Of a DNA stretch of 64,000 bases, positions 29,577 through 38,632 are shown piece after piece. Origin of the DNA: Candidatus Omnitrophota bacterium (lineage in GTDB: Bacteria > Omnitrophota > Gorgyraeia > Zapsychrales > Zapsychraceae); the NCBI GenBank assembly GCA_015233115.1, contig JADFYJ010000002.1, positions 111,216 to 175,215 of the forward strand. Reading direction: 5' to 3'. Position numbers and translations under genes: made by a program. The notes beneath the pieces were generated by a model. The model had not been told where the DNA came from. It saw only the letters and a list, made by a program, of their open reading frames with translations, and ran no database searches. Each line of letters begins with the position of its first letter. The first letter of the stretch is position 1.

Positions 29577-30191
29577 CTAAAATTTCGTAAAGTGTTTCTT
29601 AATATACCCTTCCATCAGCTCAATAGCTTCGTCTTTGCATTGGCCGCAGACTGTGCCGAGTTTAGTTTTTTCCTGCAACTCGACGTAAGTACGCGCGCCT
29701 TCTAAGACAGCGTCTTCAATTTCATGGTCTGTTACATTCATGCATTGGCAGATCGTGCGGGCTTCTTCTTTTTGAATTTTATTATCCTGGCCATTCTTTT
29801 TATAATAATCATTAATCGCGGCGCGCAGGGCTTTATCGCCTAAAACCGAACAATGAATTTTATGATCCGGCAAACCGCCTAATTGTTTATTAACATCTTT
29901 AGGAGAAATCAAAAAAGCTTTATCAAGGGTCAGGCCTTTGACCATTTCCGACAATGCCGAGGTGCTCGCGATAGCGCTGGCGCAGCCATAGGTTTTCCAA
30001 CGGATATCTGTAATAATATTTTTGGCCCGGTCGACTTTGATTTTCATCATCATCTGATCACCGCATTTCATATTCCCGACCATGCCCTCGCCATCCGCCG
30101 CAAATTCCTCACCCGGCTTCAGCACATTACGAGGATTAATGAAATGATCTTTAACAACATCGGTATAAACCCAATCAAATTCGTCAGCCAT
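29577..30191 (-). CDS. nifU: Fe-S scaffold: IscU/NifU-N domain + BFD-like [2Fe-2S] domain
   Basis: HF.NPRN, CGD, GCASAIAS and HCS motifs, then ICQC...CGQC. Confidence 0.88.
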   Translation of the reverse strand: MADEFDWVYTDVVKDHFINPRNVLKPGEEFAADGEGMVGNMKCGDQMMMKIKVDRAKNIITDIRWKTYGCASAIASTSALSEMVKGLTLDKAFLISPKDVNKQLGGLPDHKIHCSVLGDKALRAAINDYYKKNGQDNKIQKEEARTICQCMNVTDHEIEDAVLEGARTYVELQEKTKLGTVCGQCKDEAIELMEGYIKKHFTKF

Positions 30192-30202
30192 AAGTTAGTC
30201 CT

Positions 30203-31375
30203 TTAATAAGCAGTGGAAATGTCTCTTACTTTTTTAACCACTTGCGTCATTTTTTCGATCGTATACAGGATTTCTTTTTCAGTAGTTTCCCTTCCTGAAC
30301 TGATACGGATCGAACCATGCGCGCGTTCAACAGGTATGCCGGTTGCCAACAGAACATGCGACGGATCCAATGAACCTGAGGCGCAGGCTGAACCAGTCGA
30401 TACGGCAATGCCTTCCAAATCAAGATACAAAAGAATTGATTCGCCCTCGACTCCGCCAAACGAAACATTCAAAGTCCCGGGCAAACAATCTTCCGGATGT
30501 CCGTTAAACGATATATCGGAAATATTTTTCTGCAGGCCTTGCTTCAAAATTTGTTTAAGCTTGAGCAAGCGTTTAGCTTCATCCGGCATTTCTATTGTAC
30601 GCATATCCACCGCTTTACCAAACGCGATGATTCCCAAAGTATTCTCTGTTCCGGCGCGGCGGCCTTTTTCCTGATGCCCGCCTCTGATCAACGGGCAAAA
30701 ACGTACGCCTTTTTTCACATACAAAGCTCCGACCCCTTTAGGCCCATATAACTTGTGGGCGGAAATCGTCAAAAAATCCACATCCAGATTTTTCACGTTA
30801 ATCGGCATTTTTCCAACAGCCTGTACCGCGTCCGTATGAAACAAAGCTCCTGAATGATGCGCGATCTGCGCCAGCGTTTTAATATCCTGAATTGTCCCAA
30901 TTTCATTATTCGCTGTCATCACGGAAACCAAACCGGTTTTATCCGTGATCAATTTCTCCAACTGATCAACTTTGACTTTACCATATTGATCAACCGGCAA
31001 ATATTGGACTGTCGCACCCCGGTTATCAATGCATTTGGATGATTCCAGAATACAAGGATGTTCGATCGTTGAGGTAATAATTTCATGGCGCGCGGTCTGG
31101 CAATGACATTTATTGGGTGAACAGGGAACCATGGACAGCACTGTGTTGTTCGCTTCCGTCCCGCTGCCAACAAAAAAAACTTCTTCCGGGTCAGCACCAA
31201 TAAAATGGGCCACTTTACCGCGGGCTTCTTCTACTAACTTACGCGCTTCCCGCCCGAAACTGTGCATGCTGGAAGGATTGCCAAATACATCCAAAGAATC
31301 AGCAATTATCTTTTTAACTTCCGGATGCAAAGGCGTCGTGGCGTTATGATCTAAATAGACACGGAGAATTGGCAT
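30203..31375 (-). CDS. nifS: cysteine desulfurase (IscS/NifS type)
   Basis: YLDHNATT, SAHKLYGPKG and STGSACAS motifs. Confidence 0.93.
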   Translation of the reverse strand: MPILRVYLDHNATTPLHPEVKKIIADSLDVFGNPSSMHSFGREARKLVEEARGKVAHFIGADPEEVFFVGSGTEANNTVLSMVPCSPNKCHCQTARHEIITSTIEHPCILESSKCIDNRGATVQYLPVDQYGKVKVDQLEKLITDKTGLVSVMTANNEIGTIQDIKTLAQIAHHSGALFHTDAVQAVGKMPINVKNLDVDFLTISAHKLYGPKGVGALYVKKGVRFCPLIRGGHQEKGRRAGTENTLGIIAFGKAVDMRTIEMPDEAKRLLKLKQILKQGLQKNISDISFNGHPEDCLPGTLNVSFGGVEGESILLYLDLEGIAVSTGSACASGSLDPSHVLLATGIPVERAHGSIRISSGRETTEKEILYTIEKMTQVVKKVRDISTAY

Positions 31376-31396
31376 ATTGTTTTATCCTAATTTAAG

Positions 31397-31527
31397 AGTA
31401 TGTAGTATGTAGCATGTCGTATGTAGTAAAAAAACAAAAACAACGCTATTTTACTTTAACAAATTTAACTTTTTTGTTCTTTTTTCAATCGCTTTTGCCA
31501 CATACCACATGCTACATGCTACATACT
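31397..31527. repeat. class A heptamer-arm element
   Basis: AGTATGTAGTATGTAGCATGTCGTATGTAG ... AATCGCTTTT GCCACATACCACATGCTACATGCTACATACT. Confidence 0.9.
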
Positions 31528-31534
31528 GTTTTTA

Positions 31535-32128
31535 TTATTTTTCCAGTAAGAATATACAATTAAGCGCTAAAAGATTTTTAAAACGGTTAATCACTTGATT
31601 TTTCGCGATCCCTTTTTCTTTAAGAATTCTGATTTTATTCTCATCGCAAAAATCCCGGAAATCCTTGATACTTAAAAAACGTAAGTTGGGTGTATCAAAC
31701 CACTCAAACGGCAGTTCTTTAGTGACCGGAACCCGGCCGTTAAACATGATCTGTAAACGCGCCTCCAAAGAACAAAAATTCGGGATACCGACAATGACTT
31801 TTTTACCAATGCGGAATGATTCCAAAATAACCTGTTTCGGGTAATACACCTGCTGTAAACTTTCATTCAAGATCACATAATCAAATCTCTTATCCGAGAA
31901 ATCCGTCAATTCTGTGTCAATATCGCCATGATTAACGCTTAATCCTTTTTCAATGCACTGGTATATCAATTTTTCGTCGAGTTCAATGCCTGTCACCCGG
32001 CACTGTTTTTGGTCTTTCAGCAAATACATTAAATCTCCATCCCCGCACCCTAAATCCAAAACCGTTGCTCCCGGTTTGACCATATCCAAAATAATTTTAA
32101 AATCTAAACGTAACGGATTATTTTCCAT
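31535..32128 (-). CDS. metW: methionine biosynthesis protein MetW
   Basis: VLDLGCGDG and WFDTPNL motifs; downstream of metX; start moved to MENNPL. Confidence 0.93.
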   Translation of the reverse strand: MENNPLRLDFKIILDMVKPGATVLDLGCGDGDLMYLLKDQKQCRVTGIELDEKLIYQCIEKGLSVNHGDIDTELTDFSDKRFDYVILNESLQQVYYPKQVILESFRIGKKVIVGIPNFCSLEARLQIMFNGRVPVTKELPFEWFDTPNLRFLSIKDFRDFCDENKIRILKEKGIAKNQVINRFKNLLALNCIFLLEK

Positions 32129-33266
32129 TAACAATACCTGCCTCTTTAGCCACCCTATCCACAAAATGCAAAATCGCTTTTGACTGGTTATCCACTTCGA
32201 CCAAGAACGCGTCATGGCCATATTTGGAATTGATGCCAATGTCTGTCACATCCAAACTATTCGCTTTAAGCGCTTTAACAATCTGTTTGGTTTGAGTCGG
32301 CGGATACAACCAATCCGAAGTAAAAGAAACGACCAAAAATTTTGATTTAACTCCGGCAAACGCGTCTATCAGCTTACGGTCAGAAGCAAGGTCGAAATGA
32401 TCACATGCTTTTGACATATATAGCCACGAGTTAGCATCAAAACGCTGGACAAAACTATCTCCCCGATATTTAAGGTAATTGGCGACTTCGAAATGAGTTG
32501 AAAAATCATAACCCAGCCGTTCTGTATCAATCACTTTACGTCCGAATTTTTCTTCCATGGAATGGTCGCTCATATAAGTAATATGCCCGATCATGCGCGC
32601 GACAGCTAAACCGCGGGCGGGCACAGATTTTCCATAGTAATCACCGTTCTGCCAATCCGGGTCTGCCATAATCGCGTTACGCGCTACTTCATGAAAAGCG
32701 ATCTGTTGGGCAGAATGACGATAATTGGTCGCGATAACGATGGCAGATTCAAGCGCGTCCGGATATAAAACTGACCATTTAAGGGCCTGCATCCCGCCCA
32801 TTGATCCTCCAGCCGCGCACAACAATTTCTTTATTCCTAAATGATCGATCAATAATTTCTGGACTACTACCATGTCCCGGATCGTCACAACCGGAAAACT
32901 CAAGCCATATGGCTTTCCGGTATTTAAATTTATCGTAACCGGACCAGTTGTCCCTTTACAGCTCCCCAGAACATTTGAACAGATAACGAAGTATTTATTC
33001 GTATCAAAAGCTTTACCCGGGCCAATCATAGAATCCCACCACCCTGGCGTTTCTGAACCTTTATGATATCCCGCGGCATGCGCGTCACCTGTCAAAGCAT
33101 GCAAAATGAGTATAGCATTCGACTTCTCTTTATTCAGAACACCATATGTCTCATAAGCCACAGTAATAGGGCCTAGCTTCTCCTTGCATTTGAGTGTTAG
33201 CTCATGAGGAGGTTCGCAACAGGTAAAATATTGCGTTTCAACTATACCGACAGATCGTTCGTCCAT
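32118..33266 (-). CDS. metX: homoserine O-acetyltransferase
   Basis: HALTGD, GGSMGGM and GHDAFL motifs. Confidence 0.95.
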   Translation of the reverse strand: MDERSVGIVETQYFTCCEPPHELTLKCKEKLGPITVAYETYGVLNKEKSNAILILHALTGDAHAAGYHKGSETPGWWDSMIGPGKAFDTNKYFVICSNVLGSCKGTTGPVTINLNTGKPYGLSFPVVTIRDMVVVQKLLIDHLGIKKLLCAAGGSMGGMQALKWSVLYPDALESAIVIATNYRHSAQQIAFHEVARNAIMADPDWQNGDYYGKSVPARGLAVARMIGHITYMSDHSMEEKFGRKVIDTERLGYDFSTHFEVANYLKYRGDSFVQRFDANSWLYMSKACDHFDLASDRKLIDAFAGVKSKFLVVSFTSDWLYPPTQTKQIVKALKANSLDVTDIGINSKYGHDAFLVEVDNQSKAILHFVDRVAKEAGIVNGK

Positions 33267-33334
33267 AATATTATGTTTATATTTTTATAAAATTTAATAT
33301 TAAAATTAAGAAACCAAAATTGATAATTTATAAA

Positions 33335-33359
33335 CGGGAGGTCAGGAGACCTCCCCTAC
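33335..33359 (-). repeat. single GTAG-type REP
   Basis: Minus strand reads GTAGGGGAGGTCTCCTGACCTCCCG, a compensated variant of the 7495 REP. Confidence 0.75.
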
Positions 33360-33560
33360 AGATAACCTATATTGTTTCTCATTTTACTTCACTATTTCCT
33401 AAATTCAAGGGGAATATCAAAAACAGGGCCAAGTAAACGGTTACTGGGAAAATTGTTTAAACCTGCGGCATAAAACAAATGATTTATCGACGATAACACT
33501 CTTGAAAACTAGGTTGGCATTTCACTATTTCATCATGCTATACTCTAAGTGGGTCAAATG

Positions 33561-33708
33561 TTCTTTATAGATGTTAAAGGTAAACTACTCGAAAGAGTGG
33601 GGCCCGTGAACCATGTAAGGTTCACGGTCCTGAACCCAACGTGGTTCAGGAACAAAGCCGTGAAGCTAAAGTAATTTATTACTAAGCTTGTCTGGTTGCC
33701 GATAGGAA
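33561..33708 (+). promoter_or_regulatory. c-di-GMP-I (GEMM-I) riboswitch with a 48-nt insertion
   Basis: GGTAAA-CTACTC-GAAA-GAGTGG-GGC...ACAAAGCC...CTAA...GGTTGCCGA matches the GEMM-I layout; followed by a terminator and a CDS. Confidence 0.85.
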
Positions 33709-33729
33709 TCGTTAAATCCATTTCACTTC

Positions 33730-33758
33730 AGCCCTCTCTCTTTTATGAGGGTTTTTTT
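33730..33758 (+). terminator. intrinsic terminator (riboswitch expression platform)
   Basis: AGCCCTC...GAGGGT followed by a T-run, upstream of the AAGGAG RBS. Confidence 0.8.
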
Positions 33759-33787
33759 ATTGGCCCTAAAAAGGCAAGGAGCTGAAG

Positions 33788-34039
33788 ATGAAAAAAATAC
33801 TGTTTATTTTTTTAATGGTTATAGGCGCGTCATATGCCTGGGCAGAAACACAAAGTTTCAATATATCCTTAACTATTCCAGCTATTATCGGCGTCAATGT
33901 ACCAATGCCCACTTATTCACCCACAGCTGACACGCTTAAACAAAACACTGAAAACAACAACGCCAGCCAGCAAATATCAACAGAATCCATTTTCAAAGAC
34001 GGGCAACAAACCATCATCAAAACAGTTATGGTAAAATAA
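33788..34039 (+). CDS. small secreted protein with a pilin donor-strand-like N-terminus
   Basis: RBS AAGGAG; signal peptide ending AWA|E; FNISLTIPAIIG. Confidence 0.8.
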   Translation: MKKILFIFLMVIGASYAWAETQSFNISLTIPAIIGVNVPMPTYSPTADTLKQNTENNNASQQISTESIFKDGQQTIIKTVMVK

Positions 34040-34087
34040 TCACCGCGTCGGTGGGCCATTGGACCTCCGAGGCGGTGGTCCCTCGGT

Positions 34088-37051
34088 TTATTTTCCTTTT
34101 AACGGCACATAAAATACATACGTTGAACCTTCTTCGATTGTTAATGACTTCTGAAGTTTGATCTTCGGCAAATAATCCAGCGGAATTGAATTTATATCAA
34201 CGCTCAAGCGGTGATTACCCGGCAATACATTTTGGAATGTGTAGGTTCCTTCCATATCCGAATAAACTGTCGTTTTACCGTCTAAGAATATCTTCACTTG
34301 ACCAATAGTTTTTTCACCTGTATCAGGTTTGCCGTTATTATTCTCATCCACAAATACCATCCCGTAAATGCTCGTGTTGGTAGAGGTGCCAAAACTCAGT
34401 AATTGGGTTTTATATGCGGCCAAATTAACGGTCTTTGTATTAGGAGTTGATAACACATACCCCGGTGGCAAAGAACCGACATCAATCGAAACAGTCACGA
34501 GTTTCGCTCTGATCTTTCCAAAATAATGTCCATTCTTATCAGTCTTGACTTGTTTGCGGCCGATCTTAATTTTGACATTGGGCAAACCAGGTTCATTATA
34601 TTCGCGGCTGCCATTTGAATTAAGGTCTTTAAACACATACCCTTCAATCCGCCCCACCGCTGTCCACGCGAATGGAGTTTCCAGAGAAGTTTTCACGCCG
34701 CCCCGCACATCCAATTCAGTATACATATGGCCGCCCGGAATCGAAGGCCACACTTTGCGTGTGCGGCCATCTAAATAAAGTTGAAAATCTTCCGATACTG
34801 AATAAGTTGAAGTAATTCCACCGTTAAAACTATCTTCCCCGGCTAAAAAACTGTTGATAGCTGCCGCGTTTTGCTCTCTCCGATAAGACACATCTAAAGC
34901 ATTGTTTAAGTGATCGCCGATCTGATTATTGTAAGATAACCCCGTCGTTAAAACGCCGGGCATAACAAATTTGCCTGTAGAAAAATTATAAATCCAGGAA
35001 TACTGATATGTGGTGTAAGAGGTTAAATCTTTTATCAACGGGACACTCATTCCCGCCGTTGTTGAATAACGGTCATAATCGGATTCATCAGAAAAACTAT
35101 ACCGGCTTTTTTGATACATTCCCTGAATATACGCGTTCATTTTTTGATTCCCCCAAATCGGAAGATATTTCGAATACGTTGAGGAATATTGAAAATTCGT
35201 GCGAGGGGAAAGCTGTTGCGGCGTAGTCGTAAAATAAATAGCCTGATTGATTGTACCATCGGTCGTAAACGGTACCACCAGCGTGGAATTAAAATCATAA
35301 TTCAGTCCATTAGGATTTTCTTCATTCGGTAAAAGCCGATCCTGAAAAGTGTCTAACGAAGCTGTCCAATTCGCATCTGTATAAGGAGTCCAATCCAATG
35401 TTAATAGCCCGCCTACCTCCCCCTGGCCTGACGGCGCACCAGTAATCGTTTTGAAATCCGGTTGAATATTCCGGTAACTGACCCCTGTTTTTAAACCATC
35501 CACTTCATAAACACTTTTTACAGTGTGGGCCGTACGGCTTTGGTCATACGCCACTTCTGCTTCATTTAAAACATTTTTAAACGTCCTAGCCTGCCCTTGC
35601 AATGAAAAAACTTTTTCTTTTAGGTTTTCATCCCGGTCCAGTCCATAGCCACGGGCATAATTAAAGGCAAGCTTGTTATCCCGTTCTGGAAATAACTCCA
35701 CTCTAGTCCCTTCAATAAACGCATCGCGTGGGTGTGTTGAGGCCTGGCCAGAGGATAACAAACCATAACTGTTTTGTTCCCGTCCCCAAAAACTGGTTAA
35801 TCCAATAGTTTTATGCAGAATTTCTCCCTTACCGGTCAACCCACGATAATTCTCTCCGGTCACAGTCAGTGGAGAGAAGGTGGTCATAGCATCGTAGCCC
35901 CGCAACTCGAGCTTTTCAAACGGATAAATTCGGGCATCAGTCAACCCGACGGTATAATACGTCGGCGGGGTCTTATCCGCGAATTTTTCCATGGTCAAAC
36001 TGCTGTCAAATTTTCCCACCGGTACTTCCCCGACCACATTAACATTATAAATTATACCTAAATTGAGTTTACGTAAATTTGAATACGACGGACCGCTATA
36101 AATAGAACTCCAATCCACAGAACTGCCTACCCGGAACGGTTTAGCAATTTGAAAAATTTGTTCCCGCTGTAACGCCATACTATTCCGGTCAAGGGGCACG
36201 ATCACGTTCACATCGAAACTCCACCGCCCTTTATTATCCCAAACATACACGATGGTCGTCCCCAAACTCACAGCCTTAACTAAAATCTGATCCCGGTCAA
36301 TCCGTTCAATTTCTAAAGAACCAGGTGAGACGACTAAAAATTTATCTATATTTTTTCCTTCTATTAAAATTGCGGTTCGAAAACTCAGGCGTAATGGCGC
36401 GTTCGGCTGATGTTTCCAAGCTTCATCGTTGAGTTTTAAAGTTGAAGAAGGTTTGACCTTCGGAGCTGGAAGTTCTTTAGCTTGTCGACCTTCGTTTAAT
36501 CCAACAGATTGAGATGGCACATCCAAAATAGGCTGAGTATTGGTTGTTTGAGCCGGAAAATTTTCTAAAGAAACAGCCGTTTGCTCTCCCTCGGCTTCAT
36601 TCAATGACTGGTTAATTAAATCCAGCCGGTTAAATGGTTTCGTCTTTTGTTCAACCGTTTGCAAGGCCTGTTGCACTTTTTGTTCGCGGGATATTTTATT
36701 TTTGATCGGAGCATGCGGAACGATCAGATAATCTAACGAAGGCGGAGCATCAGATGACTCTGCTTTATCAGACGAAATAACGACCACTTTATGATCCTGC
36801 AAACGTTTGATGAGATTGATATATTCTTTTGGTTCTGTCGTTGATGGCTCGACTAATTGTGCCTCAGAAAAATAGCGGATCGCGGAATTGTAATCTTTGC
36901 GGCCAAAAGCACTTTTACCTTTTTGAAGGCAATAAGAATACGCCATGGAATATTCGGTTGAATATCCATTATCAACAAAAGAAAAAATTAATAATATTAA
37001 GATTAAATAGAAACGGAATTTTCCCAGCATGCTGGAATTGTAACATCCCAA
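34088..37051 (-). CDS. usher-like outer-membrane beta-barrel protein with N-terminal TPR/Ig-like and C-terminal SdrD-B-like domains
   Basis: Signal peptide, TPR-like helix pair, long alternating beta-strand region, two G.VF.D.N.NG..D..E repeats. Confidence 0.65.
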   Translation of the reverse strand: MGCYNSSMLGKFRFYLILILLIFSFVDNGYSTEYSMAYSYCLQKGKSAFGRKDYNSAIRYFSEAQLVEPSTTEPKEYINLIKRLQDHKVVVISSDKAESSDAPPSLDYLIVPHAPIKNKISREQKVQQALQTVEQKTKPFNRLDLINQSLNEAEGEQTAVSLENFPAQTTNTQPILDVPSQSVGLNEGRQAKELPAPKVKPSSTLKLNDEAWKHQPNAPLRLSFRTAILIEGKNIDKFLVVSPGSLEIERIDRDQILVKAVSLGTTIVYVWDNKGRWSFDVNVIVPLDRNSMALQREQIFQIAKPFRVGSSVDWSSIYSGPSYSNLRKLNLGIIYNVNVVGEVPVGKFDSSLTMEKFADKTPPTYYTVGLTDARIYPFEKLELRGYDAMTTFSPLTVTGENYRGLTGKGEILHKTIGLTSFWGREQNSYGLLSSGQASTHPRDAFIEGTRVELFPERDNKLAFNYARGYGLDRDENLKEKVFSLQGQARTFKNVLNEAEVAYDQSRTAHTVKSVYEVDGLKTGVSYRNIQPDFKTITGAPSGQGEVGGLLTLDWTPYTDANWTASLDTFQDRLLPNEENPNGLNYDFNSTLVVPFTTDGTINQAIYFTTTPQQLSPRTNFQYSSTYSKYLPIWGNQKMNAYIQGMYQKSRYSFSDESDYDRYSTTAGMSVPLIKDLTSYTTYQYSWIYNFSTGKFVMPGVLTTGLSYNNQIGDHLNNALDVSYRREQNAAAINSFLAGEDSFNGGITSTYSVSEDFQLYLDGRTRKVWPSIPGGHMYTELDVRGGVKTSLETPFAWTAVGRIEGYVFKDLNSNGSREYNEPGLPNVKIKIGRKQVKTDKNGHYFGKIRAKLVTVSIDVGSLPPGYVLSTPNTKTVNLAAYKTQLLSFGTSTNTSIYGMVFVDENNNGKPDTGEKTIGQVKIFLDGKTTVYSDMEGTYTFQNVLPGNHRLSVDINSIPLDYLPKIKLQKSLTIEEGSTYVFYVPLKGK

Positions 37052-37069
37052 TGGAGGGCATAAAAGGAA

Positions 37070-37864
37070 TTAGTCAGAAATTTTAGTAATCTGATAATTA
37101 CCGGAAGCATCCTTTGAAAACGTGATTTCTTTGACGACGGAATCACCCTCTTGTAAATCTAAGGTCAATACTAATGTCTGAATGCCGCTTGATGCTTTTA
37201 GTGGAATTGTCACATCCGTATTTTTTCCCGGAGGAAGATAAATATTTTCCAATTCTCCCCGGTCACTCACCATCCCGTCATTCGTCATAACATAATAGAT
37301 AGCATGCGCGACTAAGATCACATTGCCTTTATTTGCTATTTTTGCTTTGATCGCGGATCCGGAAACAGCCACATCCGAGATGACCGCTTTCTTATCTTTA
37401 TCTGTCGGTTCGATAAAAAACAAACTTCCGACCCGCGTGACAATATTAACGCCTTTCCCTTCAATCACTGCGGCTTGCGGCCGATTTTCAAAAAACAATA
37501 CCCCGTAATGCCCTTCATGAATAGCCGCAGGAACTTTAACCGAATAAGAAATTTTCTGATTACTGAGAGGGGGCAATTTAAAACTTTCCGGAGAAAAACT
37601 CACCCAATCCGCGGCTGACGCCAGCCCTAAACCTTTGGCTAAAAATTCTTTATTACCATCATAGGGGGAAACATAATTAAAATCCTGCCAATACACTTTG
37701 ATATCCAATGGTTTATCAGACGTGTTATGCACGGTGATTGAACCGCTCACCGTGTTGCCCGGTTCCGCGTTAATATTGATTTTCCCTTCTTCCAAAAAGA
37801 TCTGCGCGAATGCGCTTGATACGAGGACAAACACCAAGATGATCGACAGTATAATTTTTTTCAT
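37070..37864 (-). CDS. periplasmic pilus chaperone-like protein (two Ig-like domains)
   Basis: Signal peptide, DWVSFSP..F.L.P, G.YGVLFF and N.GNV motifs. Confidence 0.65.
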   Translation of the reverse strand: MKKIILSIILVFVLVSSAFAQIFLEEGKININAEPGNTVSGSITVHNTSDKPLDIKVYWQDFNYVSPYDGNKEFLAKGLGLASAADWVSFSPESFKLPPLSNQKISYSVKVPAAIHEGHYGVLFFENRPQAAVIEGKGVNIVTRVGSLFFIEPTDKDKKAVISDVAVSGSAIKAKIANKGNVILVAHAIYYVMTNDGMVSDRGELENIYLPPGKNTDVTIPLKASSGIQTLVLTLDLQEGDSVVKEITFSKDASGNYQITKISD

Positions 37865-37885
37865 AGCTACCCCCATTGGTATTAA

Positions 37886-37926
37886 GCGGTTCTGCCAGTC
37901 TTAAATTTAAGATTAAACAGAACCGC
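37886..37926. other. stem-loop downstream of the putative major pilin
   Basis: GCGGTTCTG...CAGAACCGC with inner AGTCTTAAA/TTTAAGATT. Confidence 0.6.
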
Positions 37927-37956
37927 CCAATATTTTTATCACTACAACGTATTTAA

Positions 37957-38583
37957 TTAATTCGTTGTTGCTGAAACCGTCAATGTACCGCTATAATCAC
38001 CAGTCACATCTGCTGCTGTTGTAAAAGTCAGATCTGAATCTGGAGTTGATCCATCCGCCTTACCACGCCAAATACCTAAATAAATACGGAACCATCCTGG
38101 TGATAAAGTGGCTTTAGGAATACTAGGCGGGATATTCCTAAGTGCCTTTGTGGCAAGGTTCGTTTCCTTAGTATTTCCCGGTTGGGTTGTATCATATACA
38201 GCTTTTTGTAAAGTAGCCAAAATCCTGTATCCCAAACCCTTTGTCGCTGCTCCAGGAAGAGCTCCTTCTTTATAGCTCAAAGTAACCGTAACCGGCCTAC
38301 CAGCTGTATTTGATGCTTCAATCACATAAGATGTATTACTATAAAAAACTTTGTTGACATCATCAAACTTAAGAATACCAAAATCTAGTTTCGGGCCGAT
38401 ATCTGTGGTCCACACATAGTCTGCTCCACCCGACGCGTTAGCTGTTCCCTGATGTGACACGAGCAGAATATCACCTGCTGATGTAGGAACATTCGCGGAA
38501 ACCGTGTAGTCATTCGCTTCAGCGATGCTGAAGACAAATGCTGTCGCGGCCAGCGCCATAGTTAATAAAATTAGTTTTTTCAT
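37957..38583 (-). CDS. putative major pilin subunit (Csu / spore-coat-U-like fold)
   Basis: Signal peptide, YTVSANVP, LDFG, C-terminal GDYSGTLTVSA; strong GGAGAAGAG RBS. Confidence 0.65.
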   Translation of the reverse strand: MKKLILLTMALAATAFVFSIAEANDYTVSANVPTSAGDILLVSHQGTANASGGADYVWTTDIGPKLDFGILKFDDVNKVFYSNTSYVIEASNTAGRPVTVTLSYKEGALPGAATKGLGYRILATLQKAVYDTTQPGNTKETNLATKALRNIPPSIPKATLSPGWFRIYLGIWRGKADGSTPDSDLTFTTAADVTGDYSGTLTVSATTN

Positions 38584-38632
38584 TTTCTCTTCTCCTTCTT
38601 GGTTTTACTTCTTAGTTTTATTTTGTATGACT

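Noticed and set aside
33267-33500. SAM riboswitch or T-box upstream of metX
   Set aside because: No recognisable SAM-I core or T-box motif; only a REP hairpin is present.
33576-33582. Riboswitch as a 3',3'-cGAMP (G20A) variant
   Set aside because: Aligned to Vc2 numbering, the base before the G21-C46 pair is G (33579), so c-di-GMP is the default prediction.
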